NCBI GenBank assembly: GCA_012295275.1
Contig: CM022666.1
Location: 16,678,001 to 16,742,000, forward strand
Source: Chrysomallon squamiferum
Lineage: Eukaryota > Animalia > Mollusca
Reading direction: 5' to 3'
Length of the DNA stretch: 64,000 nucleotides
A program made the position numbers and the translations under genes. The notes beneath the pieces were generated by a model. The model searched no databases. It worked only from the letters and a program-made list of their open reading frames with translations, and was not told the origin of the DNA. This document shows, piece by piece, positions 1 through 14,200 of this stretch (the stretch's first letter is position 1; each line of letters opens with the position of its first letter).

Positions 1-216
1 TACACAGAATGAGTCTTACTAACTCATTTAAAGTAAATTTTACTACACTAGTATTTACATACTTATAATCATCTACACAGAATGAGTCTTACTAACTCAT
101 TTAAGATACACACTCACACATGCACATTTAGTTGATTAGGCTTTAAATTTATACTTTATTAAAATATTTAATTTATTCATTAAAGAATGAAAAACTGATC
201 TCTTGAAATTTAACTT

Positions 217-248
<32 letters not shown>

Positions 249-293
249 TTGATTTATTGATTTATTGATTTATTTATTTGTTTGTTTATTTAG

Positions 294-2047
294 GAAAGAC
301 TTCGACAACTTCAGGAAGAACACATTGTCAGTTTAAAACATCTTCAGACTCAGCTCGACTTGTCGGAACGGGAAAACCTGCGTCTGCAGCTGGAGATACA
401 ACAGCTACAGAAGACAGTGAGGAGCAAGGACCTGTCAGAGACTCGAGAAGCATCACCACAAGACTTTCTCCCTCACATCCGACCCAGTGAAGAGAGACAG
501 GAAGGAGAGGTATCAAGAGTTCATTGTACAGTATTAGTGTAAAGAGTTCATTGTACAGTATTAGTGTAAAGAGTTCATTGTACAGTATTAGTGTAAAGAG
601 TTCATTTTACAGTATTAGTGTAAAGAGTTCATTTTACAGTATTAGTGTAAAGAGTTCATTGTACAGTATTAGTGTAAAGAGTTCATTTTACAGTATTAGT
701 GTAAAGAGTTCATTTTACAGTATTAGTGTAAAGAGTTCATTGTACAGTATTAGTGTAAAGAGTTCATTTTACAGTATTAGTGTAAAGAGTTCATTGTACA
801 GTATTAGTGTAAAGAGTTCATTGTACAGTATTAAAGAGTTCATTGTACAGTATTAGTGTAAAGAGTTCATTTTACAGTATTAGTGTAAAGAGTTCATTTT
901 ACAGTATTAGTGTAAAGAGTTACAGTATTAGTGTAAAGAGTTCATTTTACAGTATTAGTGTAAAGAGTTCATTGTACAGTATTAGTGTAAAGAGTTCATT
1001 GTACAGTATTAGTGTAAAGAGTTCATTGTACAGTATTAGTGTAAAGAGTTCATTTTACAGTATTAGTGTAAAGAGTTCGTTTTACAGTATTAGTGTAAAG
1101 AGTTCATTTTACAGTATTAGTGTAAAGAGTTCATTTTACAGTATTAGTGTAAAGAGTTCATTTAATATTATTAGTGCCTAAAGTTCATTTAATATTATTA
1201 CTGTAAAGAGTTCAAAAAAGTATATAAATAAATAAATAAAAAGTAAATCATAAACTGAAATTATATACAAAATTAAACTTAGCTCTGTTACGTTTTAACA
1301 GTTTTAAAGTGGATGATGTTTATTACAACGCTTAATCTGAAATGTCTTTGTGTTTCAGGGATCTGAGATTGTTGACCCAGAACCAAATACAAAGGTTTAC
1401 TTATATATTAATTAACAATAACACAGAATCTAGTTATGAAAGTATTGTTTATATATTAACAGTAACATAGAATCTAATTACAGAAGTATTGTTTATATAC
1501 TAATTAACAATAACACAGAACCCAGTTACAGAAGTATTGTTTATATATTTAATCTTTTCTCAGTTGCTCAGTGTGTATAATAAAACCAGTGACACATGCA
1601 GTCAAACACACACATATTTTGCAGATCATTGTCCAATAACAAACTTGTAGTATTTTTTGTTCTGCCTATGAGACGGCGCAGGTGATGGATTAGTTTCTGC
1701 TGATTTGTAAAGTGATGTGTTGCTTTCCATCTTGTATGTTGTAAAATATGCTTCTCCTGTCTCAAGTACACTGCAAAGATATCATCTTTAACTTGTGAAA
1801 TGTTTAAAATATTGAAATAAAACTCAATTTTGAATACTATAGAAGCAAATAAATAAATGAATAAATAAATTATATATAAAACATTTTTGATAATATTGTT
1901 ATGTAGATTAAAAGACAAATTAGTGCTTATAAGATATTTTGTTGTTGCAGGTCATAGGTCATCAAGGTTCGCTGGGTACAGTTTCCTTTGAACAGCTTCT
2001 GAAAACACCTCTTAGTGATGTTTCTGGTAAGTGTAAAGATTTCTCAA

Positions 2048-2093
<46 letters not shown>

Positions 2094-5000
2094 TTATTTT
2101 TTTTAAAGTTATGTCCTTTTAAAAATAGATTCACAATCACTAAATACATGATATTTAATATTTTACTGCTGCTATAGAGATATAATGTTAATGTTTTAAT
2201 TTGAATAATGAGTGTGACACATTCAAAACTTCACTCATTTAATCCATTGAATCAAAGTGGTTAAAATATTTAGCGTAACTAAAAATGTTCATATGGAAAT
2301 AGTCAATATTTTAACTATATTTTTTTATTAATAACCCCATGCTCATTAGCTGTTCACGGATGAGAATTATGAGAATTTTGAGAATGAAAATGGATTTTGT
2401 AGCTTTCAGTAACATAGATGCTCAGGGTTTGGGTTTTGTTTATGTCAGAGGATGAGATTCAAAGGATTAAACATTTCTTTTCTTTTTCATTGGCAGTGAA
2501 TTGTTTTATTTACATGATTCTGATTCCTGAAGAACTTTAGAGATGATATGTGATTTAGAATGTGTATTTACACATGACAGTGTTGTCTGTAAACTTCGTG
2601 TGTACATCTTATTTAGGGGAAATAACTAGAGTTTTCACACAAAACATAGTTATATTTACAATTTTAAGCTTAATATTGACAGGTGTTGTTGACACAGAAA
2701 GTGTTGTTGATGATGAAACTTTGAAGTTAAATTTGACAAAAGCACAGAAAAGAATTGAGCATTTAACAGAGGTAAAAATATCTTTTAACTAGTATTTATA
2801 TATCTTGTAACTAGTTTTTAAATATCTTGTAACTAGTTTTTAAATATCTTGTAACTAGTTTTTAAATATCTTGTAACTAGAATTAATTGTTAAAATATCT
2901 TATAACTAGTTTTTAAATATCTTGTAACTAGAATTAACTGTTAAAATATCTTATAAGAAGAGTTAATTTTTTTAAAATATAACTGGAGTTGTTGGCTTTT
3001 TAAATGTTGTAACTAGAGTTAATTTTAAAAATATCCTATAAACAGCAGTTAATTTTTATAATGTTTATTATCTTGTCTTATGAAACAGAACAGTAATAAA
3101 TACAACAAAGCAGCTGTTTTTCATAAAGTCAGAAAAAGTAATAAAATAATTGGTTTAGTAATAATAATGTTGGTAGTGTCTGTTACTTCGTACATATTGA
3201 ATGAATCGTCAGATTTTGTGATACTTGCAGTAACAGTTCAGTGTTTTATAAAATAAAATAAAAACACACAAAAAGACATACTTGAATGAAAAATCATTCA
3301 AATTTTATTCAAAATATTTAAAGTGTACACAAATTTACATCCATACAGATATAAATGTTTCTAATGTTGAGAAAATGAAAAGAAAATAAAACAGATTATT
3401 GGGAATATTTTACTTGTATCACACAATGATAAAAGTTTTCTGTAAAACTGTTTTTGTTCACAACTGCTGTAATGAAAACTACTGTAATAATAAATCAGAA
3501 CAAAAAAAATTTTAAAAGAAGAAATTATTGAGAAAATTTACTTGTAGACCAAAAATCTAGAAATGAAAAATAAATGTTTTCTGTAAATCTGTTTTTGTTC
3601 AAAAGCTAGAATATTTGAATGAAAGTAAAGGCTATTTTAAAACAAAACAAAAAAAGAGAATGTCAAAAATAATGTTGAAGGTAAAAATTTTTAAAAAAAA
3701 AGAATATTTGAAAAACATAATGCTAAATTAAACTTATTTTAAAACAAAACTAAAAACAGAATGGAAAATGTAAACTTATTTTAAAACAAAACTAAAAGAG
3801 GTTATTTGAAAAAAAATCTAGAATATTTGAAAATAAAAATAGGTTATTTGTTGCTAAAGGTAAACTTATTTTAAAAAAAAAACTAAAAAAAATTTGAAGA
3901 ATATTTGAAAAGCCTGTTTTATTATGTTGAAAAGGAAAATACTTTTAACTTTAATATTTAATTTTTATTCTAAAACAAAAAACAAACAAAAAAAATCAGA
4001 AACCAAAATTTAGAATATTGATAGAAAAACATAATGCTAAAGGTTATAAACAGATTATTTTAAAACAAAACTAAAAAATGTTAGGTTATTTGTAAAAACA
4101 TCTGACAGATGTCCTATTATAACTAACTAAAGCCTGTTTTTATAATGTTTGAAAATGTTTTTAAATACAGATGTCCTTTTAACTTTAATATTTATGATGT
4201 CCTTTATTATTATAATGAGAGATGTCCTAAACATAAGAAAATAAAAATGTCCACAAACAAGATCTCCAATAAATAAATACAGATAACATGTTATGTTATA
4301 ACTGACAGATGTCCTATTATAGAGGGTTTTTCTCTGTTATAACTGAGAGAGTTTGAATATCTGATATAACAAGATAACTGAGAGATGTTATGTTATAACT
4401 GACAGATGTCCTGTTATAACGTACAGATCTCCTGTTATAACTGAGAGATGTTCTGTTATAACTGACAGATGTCCTGTTATAACTGAGAGATGTCATGTTA
4501 TAACTGACAGATCTCCTGTTATAACTGAGAGATGTTCTGTTATAACTGACAGATGTCCTGTTGTAACTGAGAGATGTTATGTTATAACTGACAGATGTCC
4601 TGTTATAACTGACAGATCTCCTGTTATAACTGAGAGATGTCCTGTTATAACTGACAGATCTCCTGTTATAACTGAGAGATGTTATGTTATAACTGACAGA
4701 TGTCCTATTATAACTGACAGATCTCCTGTTATAACTGAGAGATGTCCTGTTATAACTGACAGATCTCCTGTTATAACTGAGAGATGTCCTGTTGTAACTG
4801 AGAGATGTTATGTTATAACTGACAGATGTCCTGTTATAACTGAGAGATGTCCTGTTATAACTGACAGATGTCCTGTTGTAACTGAGAGATGTTATGTTAT
4901 AACTGAGAGATGTCCTGTTATAACTGACAGATCTCTGTTATAACTGACAGATCTCCTGTTATAACTGAGAGATGTCCTGTTATAACTGACAGATCTCCTG

Positions 5001-5981
5001 TTATAACTGACAGATGTCCTGTTATAACTGACAGATGTCCTGTTGTAACTGAGAGATGTTATGTTATAACTGAGAGATGTCCTGTTATAACTGACAGACA
5101 AGTAAAGTGATTACTGGATGGTCAAGAGAAACTGTTCACTACAGCAGTATTTAAAGATCTCCTCAACTTTCAATTAATTTGTCTCTTTTGATACTTTGTC
5201 ACTGACTGGCTAAACATAACATTGTGCCTCTGTTATATTATATCATATGATAGTGTATCATATTGTATTGCATCATATTATACTATACTTATACTATACT
5301 ATACTATACTATACTATACTATACTATACTATACTATACTATACTATACTATACTATACTATACTATACTATATTACACTCACACACAATCTCTGTATTT
5401 ATTCTACATAGATAGATAGGTAGAGAGAAAGAAAGAAAAAAGAGAAAGAAACAGACAGACAGATAGATAGATAGATATGGTATATATGAAAAAGTATCCT
5501 TAGTCTTAACATGTTTTTGATATATGTTTATTGTTTCAGTTTCTGGGACTCAAAGTTGGAGATGAGCGACTCAGACTTGTTCCGGTTATGACTCAGATGC
5601 TCAAACTGAGTGCTGTAGAAAAAGATCAGTTAATTGCAATTGCTCAAGGTAAAAATAATCTTTGTATAATAAAAATAAACTTTTCAAATCTTTTATCCTT
5701 TCATGTCTTATATTTACTGTTTTTTTCTACAACTTGTACATATTTCTCTTTCTTTACTCTAACATTTTCACTGTTTGTTATTACTTTTGTTTCTTTCCAT
5801 CTTTCTCTCAACACAGAGAAAACCAGTAAATATAGTTACTGTTTTCATTATTCATTACTAAGTATAAACAGTTAACATATATATCTAGTAAATATTTTCA
5901 TTACATATTGCTTACAGTAAATATATAAACTGTTTGTTTTTGTAAATATTTTCATTATTTATTGCTAAACATAAACACTAA

Positions 5982-6012
<31 letters not shown>

Positions 6013-6198
6013 TTAAATATTTGGATTATTTATTACTAAAAGTAAATAAACTTTTTATTTGGTGACTGTTAATATTTTACTACTTCATGTTTGTAATATT
6101 TTTTTTTTTTGTTTATTTCAGGGGAGTCGGTCCAGCAGCCTGCACCTGGGGGGGTGGGTTGGAGTGCGTACCTGCACCGCTGGTCTGGTTTTGTGTAG
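294..6198 (+). CDS. GCC2: GRIP and coiled-coil domain golgin (GCC185-like), 3' exons only; 5' part lies upstream of the window
   Basis: Phase-consistent GT-AG exons 294-509 (ERLRQLQEEH...EERQEGE), 1359-1394 (GSEIVDPEPNTK), 1951-2026 (...SFEQLLKTP...), 2683-2771 (...KAQKRIEHLTE), 5540-5648 (FLGLKVGDERLRLVPVMTQMLKLSAVEKDQLIAIAQG, GRIP domain) and 6122-6198 (...GWSAYLHRWSGFV*). The EGEG, EQLL and W..YLH.WSG motifs match what I recall of the GCC2 C-terminus. Expected exon(s) ending NLEYLKN are only present as garbled fragments at about 3550-4080. Confidence 0.88.
515..1215. repeat. 27-nt minisatellite (AAGAGTTCATTKTACAGTATTAGTGTA), about 25 copies, starting about 5 nt after the GCC2 splice donor
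   Basis: Direct reading; explains spurious ORFs 524-856 and 843-1181. Confidence 0.95.
2778..2960. repeat. About 22-nt tandem repeat (AATATCTTGTAACTAGTTTTTA) next to the donor at 2772
   Basis: Direct reading, about 7 partly degenerate copies. Confidence 0.8.
4285..5098. repeat. 21-nt minisatellite (TGTTATAACTGASAGATGTCC), about 35 copies
   Basis: Direct reading; explains ORF 4892-5101. Confidence 0.95.
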
Positions 6199-7657
6199 AG
6201 CAGGGACATTAATTTATTCACATGTATTTATTGGAATCCAAATCACGACAGCAAAAAATTTATTTTTTATTTTTGTTTTCAGTTTAAATTTGTTTAGTAT
6301 TGATTTTAATTTTTTTATGATGTCTGAATTGTGATTTTCATGGTGTTTTTCATTGGTTTTTTTTTTAATTCAGGGTTTGTTACATTCCAGTGATCTTAAC
6401 ATGACAGAGTATATTATTTTTAAAATCAGCTTTTTAGTATTCTTTTAGTTGCAGAATACTGAAATCATATTCACATTGTGATCCAGTCTACCAAAAGCAG
6501 TCACATTAACATTCAGTCAGAACATACTGCAGTCATTTTCATTTGTAACATTTTCAGTCAGAATGCAAAGTGATAATTATCAGTTATAATAAATAGATAG
6601 TGATCATTTTCAGTAATCAAATTGCCAATTAAAAGTTCAATCAGAAAAATTCCTTAGCCATTTTTTTTATTTAACAATTCTTGTTTTCATTCTTGTGTTG
6701 TTGTTTAAAGTTTCATTTTTCTTAATGATAGTTTGCAGTGAGTTGCAACTACTCATTGTGAGTATCTAGAAACTGTGGTGTGAGTATTTCTCACAATGTA
6801 GCTCTCTGTGATAGCCAGTTGGAACTGTCAGTAACTTTCAAAACACCTGTCTCACATTTTAGTTTAATTAAATAATAGTAATAATAAATACTCTTTACAA
6901 CTCATTAAAACAAAATTTCAAATTTGTGGTTGACAGAATGACACTAGTGTATTTGTGTGTATGTTTCTATGTTGTTTTTTAAAGTAATGTTACAGCTGAG
7001 AAAAACAAAAATAAAAAATATCATTAGTGAAAAATATAAACAAATGGAAAAAGAAGAAATTCAGAAAAAAACACACGCAGAAAAAGTGCCGTGGGTAAGA
7101 CAAATTGAAAACTTTTTAAAATAGAAATTTTTAACTCCAGTTTAAATTAAAATAAATGATCATATTTTTTCATATCTAAAATGAATATTTTTCTTGTTAA
7201 TAGGCTGTAACATATATATCTGTTATAATGTGGAATTATGGCTTTAATTTTATTGTGTGTGAATTAAAACTTTTTATTATACAGGTGAATACATAAAACA
7301 ATTGATCATCTAAAATACAAAACTTTCACCTGTACGAACCTGCAGTTCCCAGTTTTCTGGTTTTTCAGTCTTTCTACGTTCTTCAATGCAACACAAAATG
7401 GTTGCTTTCTTTCTGCTGGCAAGTTAGTCACAGTATTAAAATTACAATAACTTGTGTCAAACAGTCAAAAAATTTAAAAGTATCAGATCAGCAGGTCAGA
7501 TGTGAAATGATAGACCATGAAAATTAAAACTCATCAGATTCAAAATTAATCATAGAAAATCATTTTCTGGATGTTGGAAACATAGTTAGGTACCTATATT
7601 CTTCTTATCTTCATCATCATCTCATCATCATCATCATCATCATCATTCATCATCATT

Positions 7658-7705
<48 letters not shown>

Positions 7706-9352
7706 TTTCTAGCTATCTACTATCTATCTTTCTGTTTATTTATTTATTTATTTATTTATTTATTTTTCAGTGTGAAAAACATCTGTATAACCATGACCAG
7801 GTTTACTTACTTTCATTCATTACAAATTTTATTAAATGTTTTCATTAAATCAGGAAATGTCTTTAATATAGAGGTTAGTTCTCCTGTTTGAAGATAAATT
7901 GTTTTCTGTATAATTACAGTTTGAATTTCTGTTACGTACCTATATTCTTATAGGTAAGTAAAATTCTTATTAAAAATTTACTTACTTCTTGTTAATAGTG
8001 AAAAATCTTTTTGAATTATGGAGAAAGAAAATGATTTTTGAATTTGTGATATTCAAATTTTTAGAAGAATTTTCCACTACCTGAATGTTTTTTTTTTTTT
8101 TTTATCTACGATTATTCAATATTAATATTAATATCCTCCTCCTTTTTGCCACTGTTATTATTATTTTTCTTTTTTCATAATAATAATTAAAAAAACAAAA
8201 AAAATAAATAAAACAAATATTAAATGATGTTGAAAACCAGTAATAAAGTTGAAAATCAAAACAATCCAAACAATAAAAACATCTAGGTTTTTCTCTTATT
8301 TAAATATCTTTTACCATATATAACTTTTTATCACTACAACATCTGCCTGCATTTTGCATTTTAATGTGTGTGAGAGAGAGAGGATATAAATTACACATAA
8401 TATACATATGTATGTATTGCAATGTGATAAATATGCAAATTAAAAAAAAAACATTTGTTTTATCACAAGCAATAACTGAAATATTTTCAAACATCTGTAA
8501 ATATGATATTCAAAATAATAATGGTGTTACAATGTGGCTTGGGGCTTACGTAGAAATGACACAAAATATTTTGTGAACATTCCAGTTATTTATATCCATT
8601 ACTAGCTGACAATCTACTAATAATGAAGAATAGCAAAACCAAACAGAATAATAGCAGACATCTTTATTTGTAAGTAAATAAATTTATACATAAGTAAATA
8701 TAATTATAAATAAATAAGAAATATAAATATAATAAATAAATAAATATATAAATAAGTAAATAAATAAATAAATGGTATTGTGAAGATGATTAACATTTTT
8801 TGATGTGAAATAAACTGCACATTACAAGTATATTTAAAGTTTATTATTCTGTTTCGTTTTAATTTTTTTCTCAGTACGTTGTTTTAAACATTACCATAAT
8901 GCGAAATATCCTATAAAGACTGAGTGTATTTTACTCTTCTCATCAAATCAGGGCAGATTCAGGGTGATTGGCGAGCCAGCTTATAAATAATTTACCAGTA
9001 ATTTACCTGTAATTTAGCTGTAATTTACCTCTAATCAGGGCAGATTCAGGGTGATTGATGAACCTGCTTAGTGTTATTTACCTGTAATCAGGGCTAATTT
9101 AGGCTGGTTTGCTTACATCATAAAAAAATGAAAATAAAATAAAATCACTTTGTTTTATTATACACACATTTGTACATCTTTAGTATAACTGCCATTGCTT
9201 GATTTGTACCTTGGTGAGATCTTTGTTTTGTTTGTTTTATTTTTGATGGAATAAAAGCTATTTCTCTACTTAATTGTTGCCTTCATTATTTGTTTCTTTG
9301 TTTGCTTTATTTATTTACCTATTTACTTGTTTATTTATTTATTATTTATTTG

Positions 9353-9383
<31 letters not shown>

Positions 9384-9854
9384 TGTTTATTCATTTATTT
9401 TATAGTTATTTATTTGTTTATTTATTTAGTTATTATTTATTTGTATATTTGTTGGGTTTTTTTTTGTTCATTTATTTTATAGTTATTTATTTGTTTATTT
9501 ATTTAATACTTATTTAGTTATTGTTTGTTTGTTTGTTTGTTCTTTCATTTATGAGATTAAATCATTTTATTTGTAAAAGTATTTGTTTCGTATTTTTCTT
9601 TGACTTGATTATGTGTCAGTAACGTGTTAAAATGTACAGCTTTTGGCTGAAATGTTTATGCAAATAGGATGAGGTCTTGGTTTCTGTACCCCTGGGCTAA
9701 CTCAGTTTTGAAAGTTACTTTTATAAATATATATAGGCCCACACACAGACAATGTACTGAGCATAATGCAGTGTTCTTTAACACGTTAAAATGTGTCTGT
9801 TGTCAACGTAAATGTTTCTGAAAAATGGCTTTTGTTTTAATATCTGTTAATGAC

Positions 9855-9904
<50 letters not shown>

Positions 9905-10015
9905 CATTATTATTGTTATTATTGTTAAACAAACTGTACCATGGTGGAATGCATCAGTATTATTTAATAAACCTACATAATATGAAGATGACAAGTTTGT
10001 GCCAATGTGCACAAG

Positions 10016-10049
<34 letters not shown>

Positions 10050-10295
10050 ATAAAAATGAAGAACTGTTAATTTAGAATATAAAATGCCATATAATAAATA
10101 TAATAATCTGATTACATTCTGATCAGATTTAAGAATATTAATTAAGTATAATCTTAAAAAAAAAAAAAAAAAAAAAAATTGAAGAAGAAAAAATAAAGAA
10201 ATGTAAATAAATGAAAAAAAAAATAAAAAAAAATTAAATTAAATTAAAGAAAGTCTGTAGTAATTAGAAGTTTAATAAATTGTGGTGTGAGACCA

Positions 10296-10334
10296 AGTAC
10301 CGGAAAAGGAAGCGTTTGGCCTACAATGGCCGCC
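10296..10334 (+). promoter_or_regulatory. Candidate core promoter elements of RASA3: ETS-type CCGGAA at about 10300 and YY1-like ATGGCCGCC over the start codon
   Basis: Short GC-rich patch GTACCGGAAAAGGAAGCG...ACAATGGCCGCC in an otherwise very AT-rich region; motif similarity only. Confidence 0.3.
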
Positions 10335-11206
10335 CTCGGGGATTTGAGGGTGGAAGAGAGTTTGTCAGTGAAAATAGGTAAGACATTTATATGTTCTCAA
10401 TGACAGTTTGATTTTTTAATCAGTTAATATAAATACATATAACAAAAACAAAAATAAATGTACTCTTCAAGAACTATTTATGCAACGCCCGACTCACGTA
10501 TGCATTCACTTCAGACGTTCATAATTTTAGAAACTTCGTATTTTTTTTCCCCATTAAGTTGCAGAACTTTAAAGAAATAGCGATGCTGTCTGATGTATGA
10601 TGTCAGATACTTCCAAATTAAAGTTTAAATATAGTACCTGATTTTGTTTTAACAAATGACTGAGCAAAAGCCGTTCATTATATGTTAGAAATTTTGTTAA
10701 ATCTTAGTGTCAGCTGTTTTCGATAAAGTTCCAACTTCCAGTTTAGATCAAAGAATATAAAATTTATACTACATAAAAAAGCTAAAAGTCACCATTCATC
10801 TATTGGTATTGCTTTATGAAATCCACCAAGATTTTATTTTTATTTTGTATATGGTCAGTCCTTCGATGTTAGAATGAAACCTTTGGTCACTTCTCTGTCA
10901 CGGTCTAAGACACTAAAATGTCTGTTTTAAATTCTGTGGTAAAATTTACATGAAAACTAAACTTAAATTCTTCTTGCCGTAAATTAAAAAAGAAATATTC
11001 ACTGCACAAAATAATGAGATTTCCTTTGTCATTATCTTTATCATGCTAAGACAGTAACATTGTAACTTGTTGTCGGTGTGCGTGCGTGTGCGTGTGTGTG
11101 TGCACAAATGCAAATGTAACACCATAGTTATAAATTTGTTAATTTGATTATAAACTAAATCATTAAAAGATTGAATTAATTGTTCTAAAGATGTTATAAA
11201 TTGATG

Positions 11207-11276
<70 letters not shown>

Positions 11277-14200
11277 GTTACAAATATATTGTAAAAATAA
11301 GAAAAACTATATGATGGAATTTTTTTTATTAAAAAGCTAAAAGTAAATTAGTAATATAAAAAATGTTATTTTATTTTCACTTTGTGATAAAGAGGTATTA
11401 ATGCTGTTATTCTGTATTGTGTATATTTTCAGGAGAAGCAAAAAATATTCCACCTCATGCAGTGACAAGTAGTGGTAGAAATACGTTTTGTGCTGTACGT
11501 TTAGATTCCGAAGAAATATTCAGAACATCGACAGTTGAAAAGTCTTTAAAGTATGAATTACGAATGTGAATATTAAACTGCTCTCATTAAACTGTTCAAC
11601 AAAAACAAAAAATAAAACACAAAAAATATTTAAAAGAAAAACACCTAACAGAACGTTTTAAATAATTGAAAAAAAACACAAAAAATTTTTAAAATTACTA
11701 AAAAAAAAAAGAAACACAAAAATATCTTTTTAAAAAAATACACCATCAATAACAGAACGTTTTAATTATTTGATTTTATAAAATGTTATTTAGTTCATGA
11801 GACAAAATAGTTTTATCTTTTATTACTAAAAGTATATTTAGTTCATCAATCAATGAAAAGTTTGTATCTTTGATTAGCAATAAAAGATATATTTACTTCA
11901 TCAATCAATGAAAAGGTCTGATGTAGCACTTGACAGATGAAAGAAATTATGTATTTGTTTGAATTGATGAAATTCTAAGAATTATGAATTTAACACTTTT
12001 TTTTTTTTTTTTTTTTTAGTCCATTTTATGGAGAAGAATTTCAGGGTGAAATTCCAAAAAAGTTTCGATTCTTGTCATTTTATGTTTATGAAAGTAGTGG
12101 AAAGACAGAAAAGGTATTTTAAAAAAAAATCTAAGTCTTAGCTAGTCAGTTTTTTCTCTTGACATGAATAATCTAATACATTAATGATTAAGTTAATGTT
12201 TAATACTAGCAATTTTAAGATATTTGTAAACTTTATTCCATGTAACTGATTGATATTGTATATTCTAAAATGTTAGTTCAGTATATTATTATTAAAGTAA
12301 GTATCTGCAAATATAAATATATTTCAGAATTAAAATTATATATGTAATGAATTTGAAAATTATTATTATTAATTTTTAAATTACTAATAAATCAAAAATA
12401 ATAAAAATATGTAATACATATGACGATATGTAATTTAAGTTAAAAAAAAGAATTAATTTATATATACATATACCTTTCAAATTTAAATTAAGAAGCTAAT
12501 TATGTTCATTGATGTACTGATTTGTTAACATTAGTAGGAGTTAGCTGATTAGCTTTGTATGTCTTGTAGGTTATTGGGAAGGTGACTCTGAAAAAGGAGG
12601 AGTTGTATAAATATCACAACAAAGAACACTGGTTTCCTCTCACTGCACAAGATGTCGACTCAGAGGTCCAGGTAACTACCTCACTGTTGTCATTACTGTT
12701 ATTGTTATTGTTAGTTATTATTATTACTATTACTGTTATTATTGGTATTGTAATTGTTATTAATATTATTGTTACGGTTATTATTACTGTTATAATTGGT
12801 ATTGCTATTATTGTTATTGTTGTTGTTATTGTTTTGTAATTATTATTATTAATGGCATTCTTGTATTATTGTGACAATTACTATTACTACAGCTACTATT
12901 ATTATTACTATTATTTTTATTAATACAATAGTTATACTAATGTAATACTACAGTTATTATTATTTAGTGTTAATTCATTATAAGATCATTAGTTTATTGT
13001 TATGCATTTTAATATTTTGTTTTGTAGGGAAAAGTTCACATCGAAGTTCGGTTTGATGAGTATCTCAATACAGACCCAGAATCCTTTGCTTCTCACAGAA
13101 TGTGTGTCAGGTATAAAAATTTAATAAATTATAAATTTATATCTCTCACAGAATGTGTCAGGTATAAATATTTTATAAATTATAAATTGGGTTGTGTATA
13201 TTTAATTTTGTAGAATTGTGGAATGCAGTGATATGTCACTAGTGACTGGGTTGTGTTATATTTAATTTTGTAGAGTGCTGGAATGTAGTGACCTGTCACT
13301 AGTGACTGGATTGTAGTGACTGGGTTGTATATTTAATTTTGTAGAGTGCTGGAATGTAGTGACTGGGTTGTGTATATTTTATAGAGTGCTGGAATGTAGT
13401 GACTGGGTTGTGTATATTTAATTTTGCAGAGTGCTGGAATGCAGTGACTGGGTTGTGTATATTTTATAGAGTGCTGGAATGTAGTGACTGGGTTGTGTAT
13501 ATTTAATTTTGCAGAGTGCTGGAATGTAGTGACTGGGTTGTGTATATTTAATTTTGCAGAGTGCTGGAATGTAGTGACTGGGTTGTGTATATTTAATTTT
13601 GCAGAGTGTTGGAATGCAGTGACTGGGTTGTGTATATTTAATTTTGCAGAGTGCTGGAATGTAGTGACTGGGTTGTGTATATTTAATTTTGCAGAGTGCT
13701 GGAATGCAGTGACTTGTCACTAGTGACTGGGTTGTGTATATTTAATTTTGCAGAGTGCTGGAATGCAGTGACTTGTCACTAGTGACTGGGTTGTGTATAT
13801 TTTGTGGAGTGCTGGAATGTAGTGACTGGGTTTGTGTGTATTTAATTTTGTATAGTTCTGAAATGTAGTGACTTGCCACTAGTGACTGGGTTGTGTATAT
13901 TTTGTAGGGTGCTGGAATGCAGTGACTGGGTTGTGTATATTTTGTAGGGTGCTGGAATGTAGTGACTGGGTTGTGTATATTTTTTAGGGTGCTGGAATGT
14001 AGTGACCTGTCACTAGTGACTGGGTTGTGTATATTTTGTAGGGTGCTGGAATGTAGTGACTGGGTTGTGTATATTTTGTAGGGTGCTGGAATGTAGTGAC
14101 CTGTCACTAGTGACTGGGTTGTGTATATTTTGTAGGGTGCTGGAATGTAGTGACCTGTCACTAGTGACTGGGTTGTGTATATTTTGTAGGGTGCTGGAAT

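Noticed and set aside
524-1181. Repetitive ORFs (YSISVKSS)n and similar ORFs at 4892, 13418-14329, 16674 and 19139
   Set aside because: Translations of 3n minisatellites inside introns, with no independent gene structure.
8945-9110. Short repeated AATCAGGGCAGATTCAGGGTGATTG and AATTTACCTGT motifs as a regulatory or mobile element
   Set aside because: Only 2-3 degenerate local copies, no terminal inverted repeats or target-site duplication; nothing supports a function.
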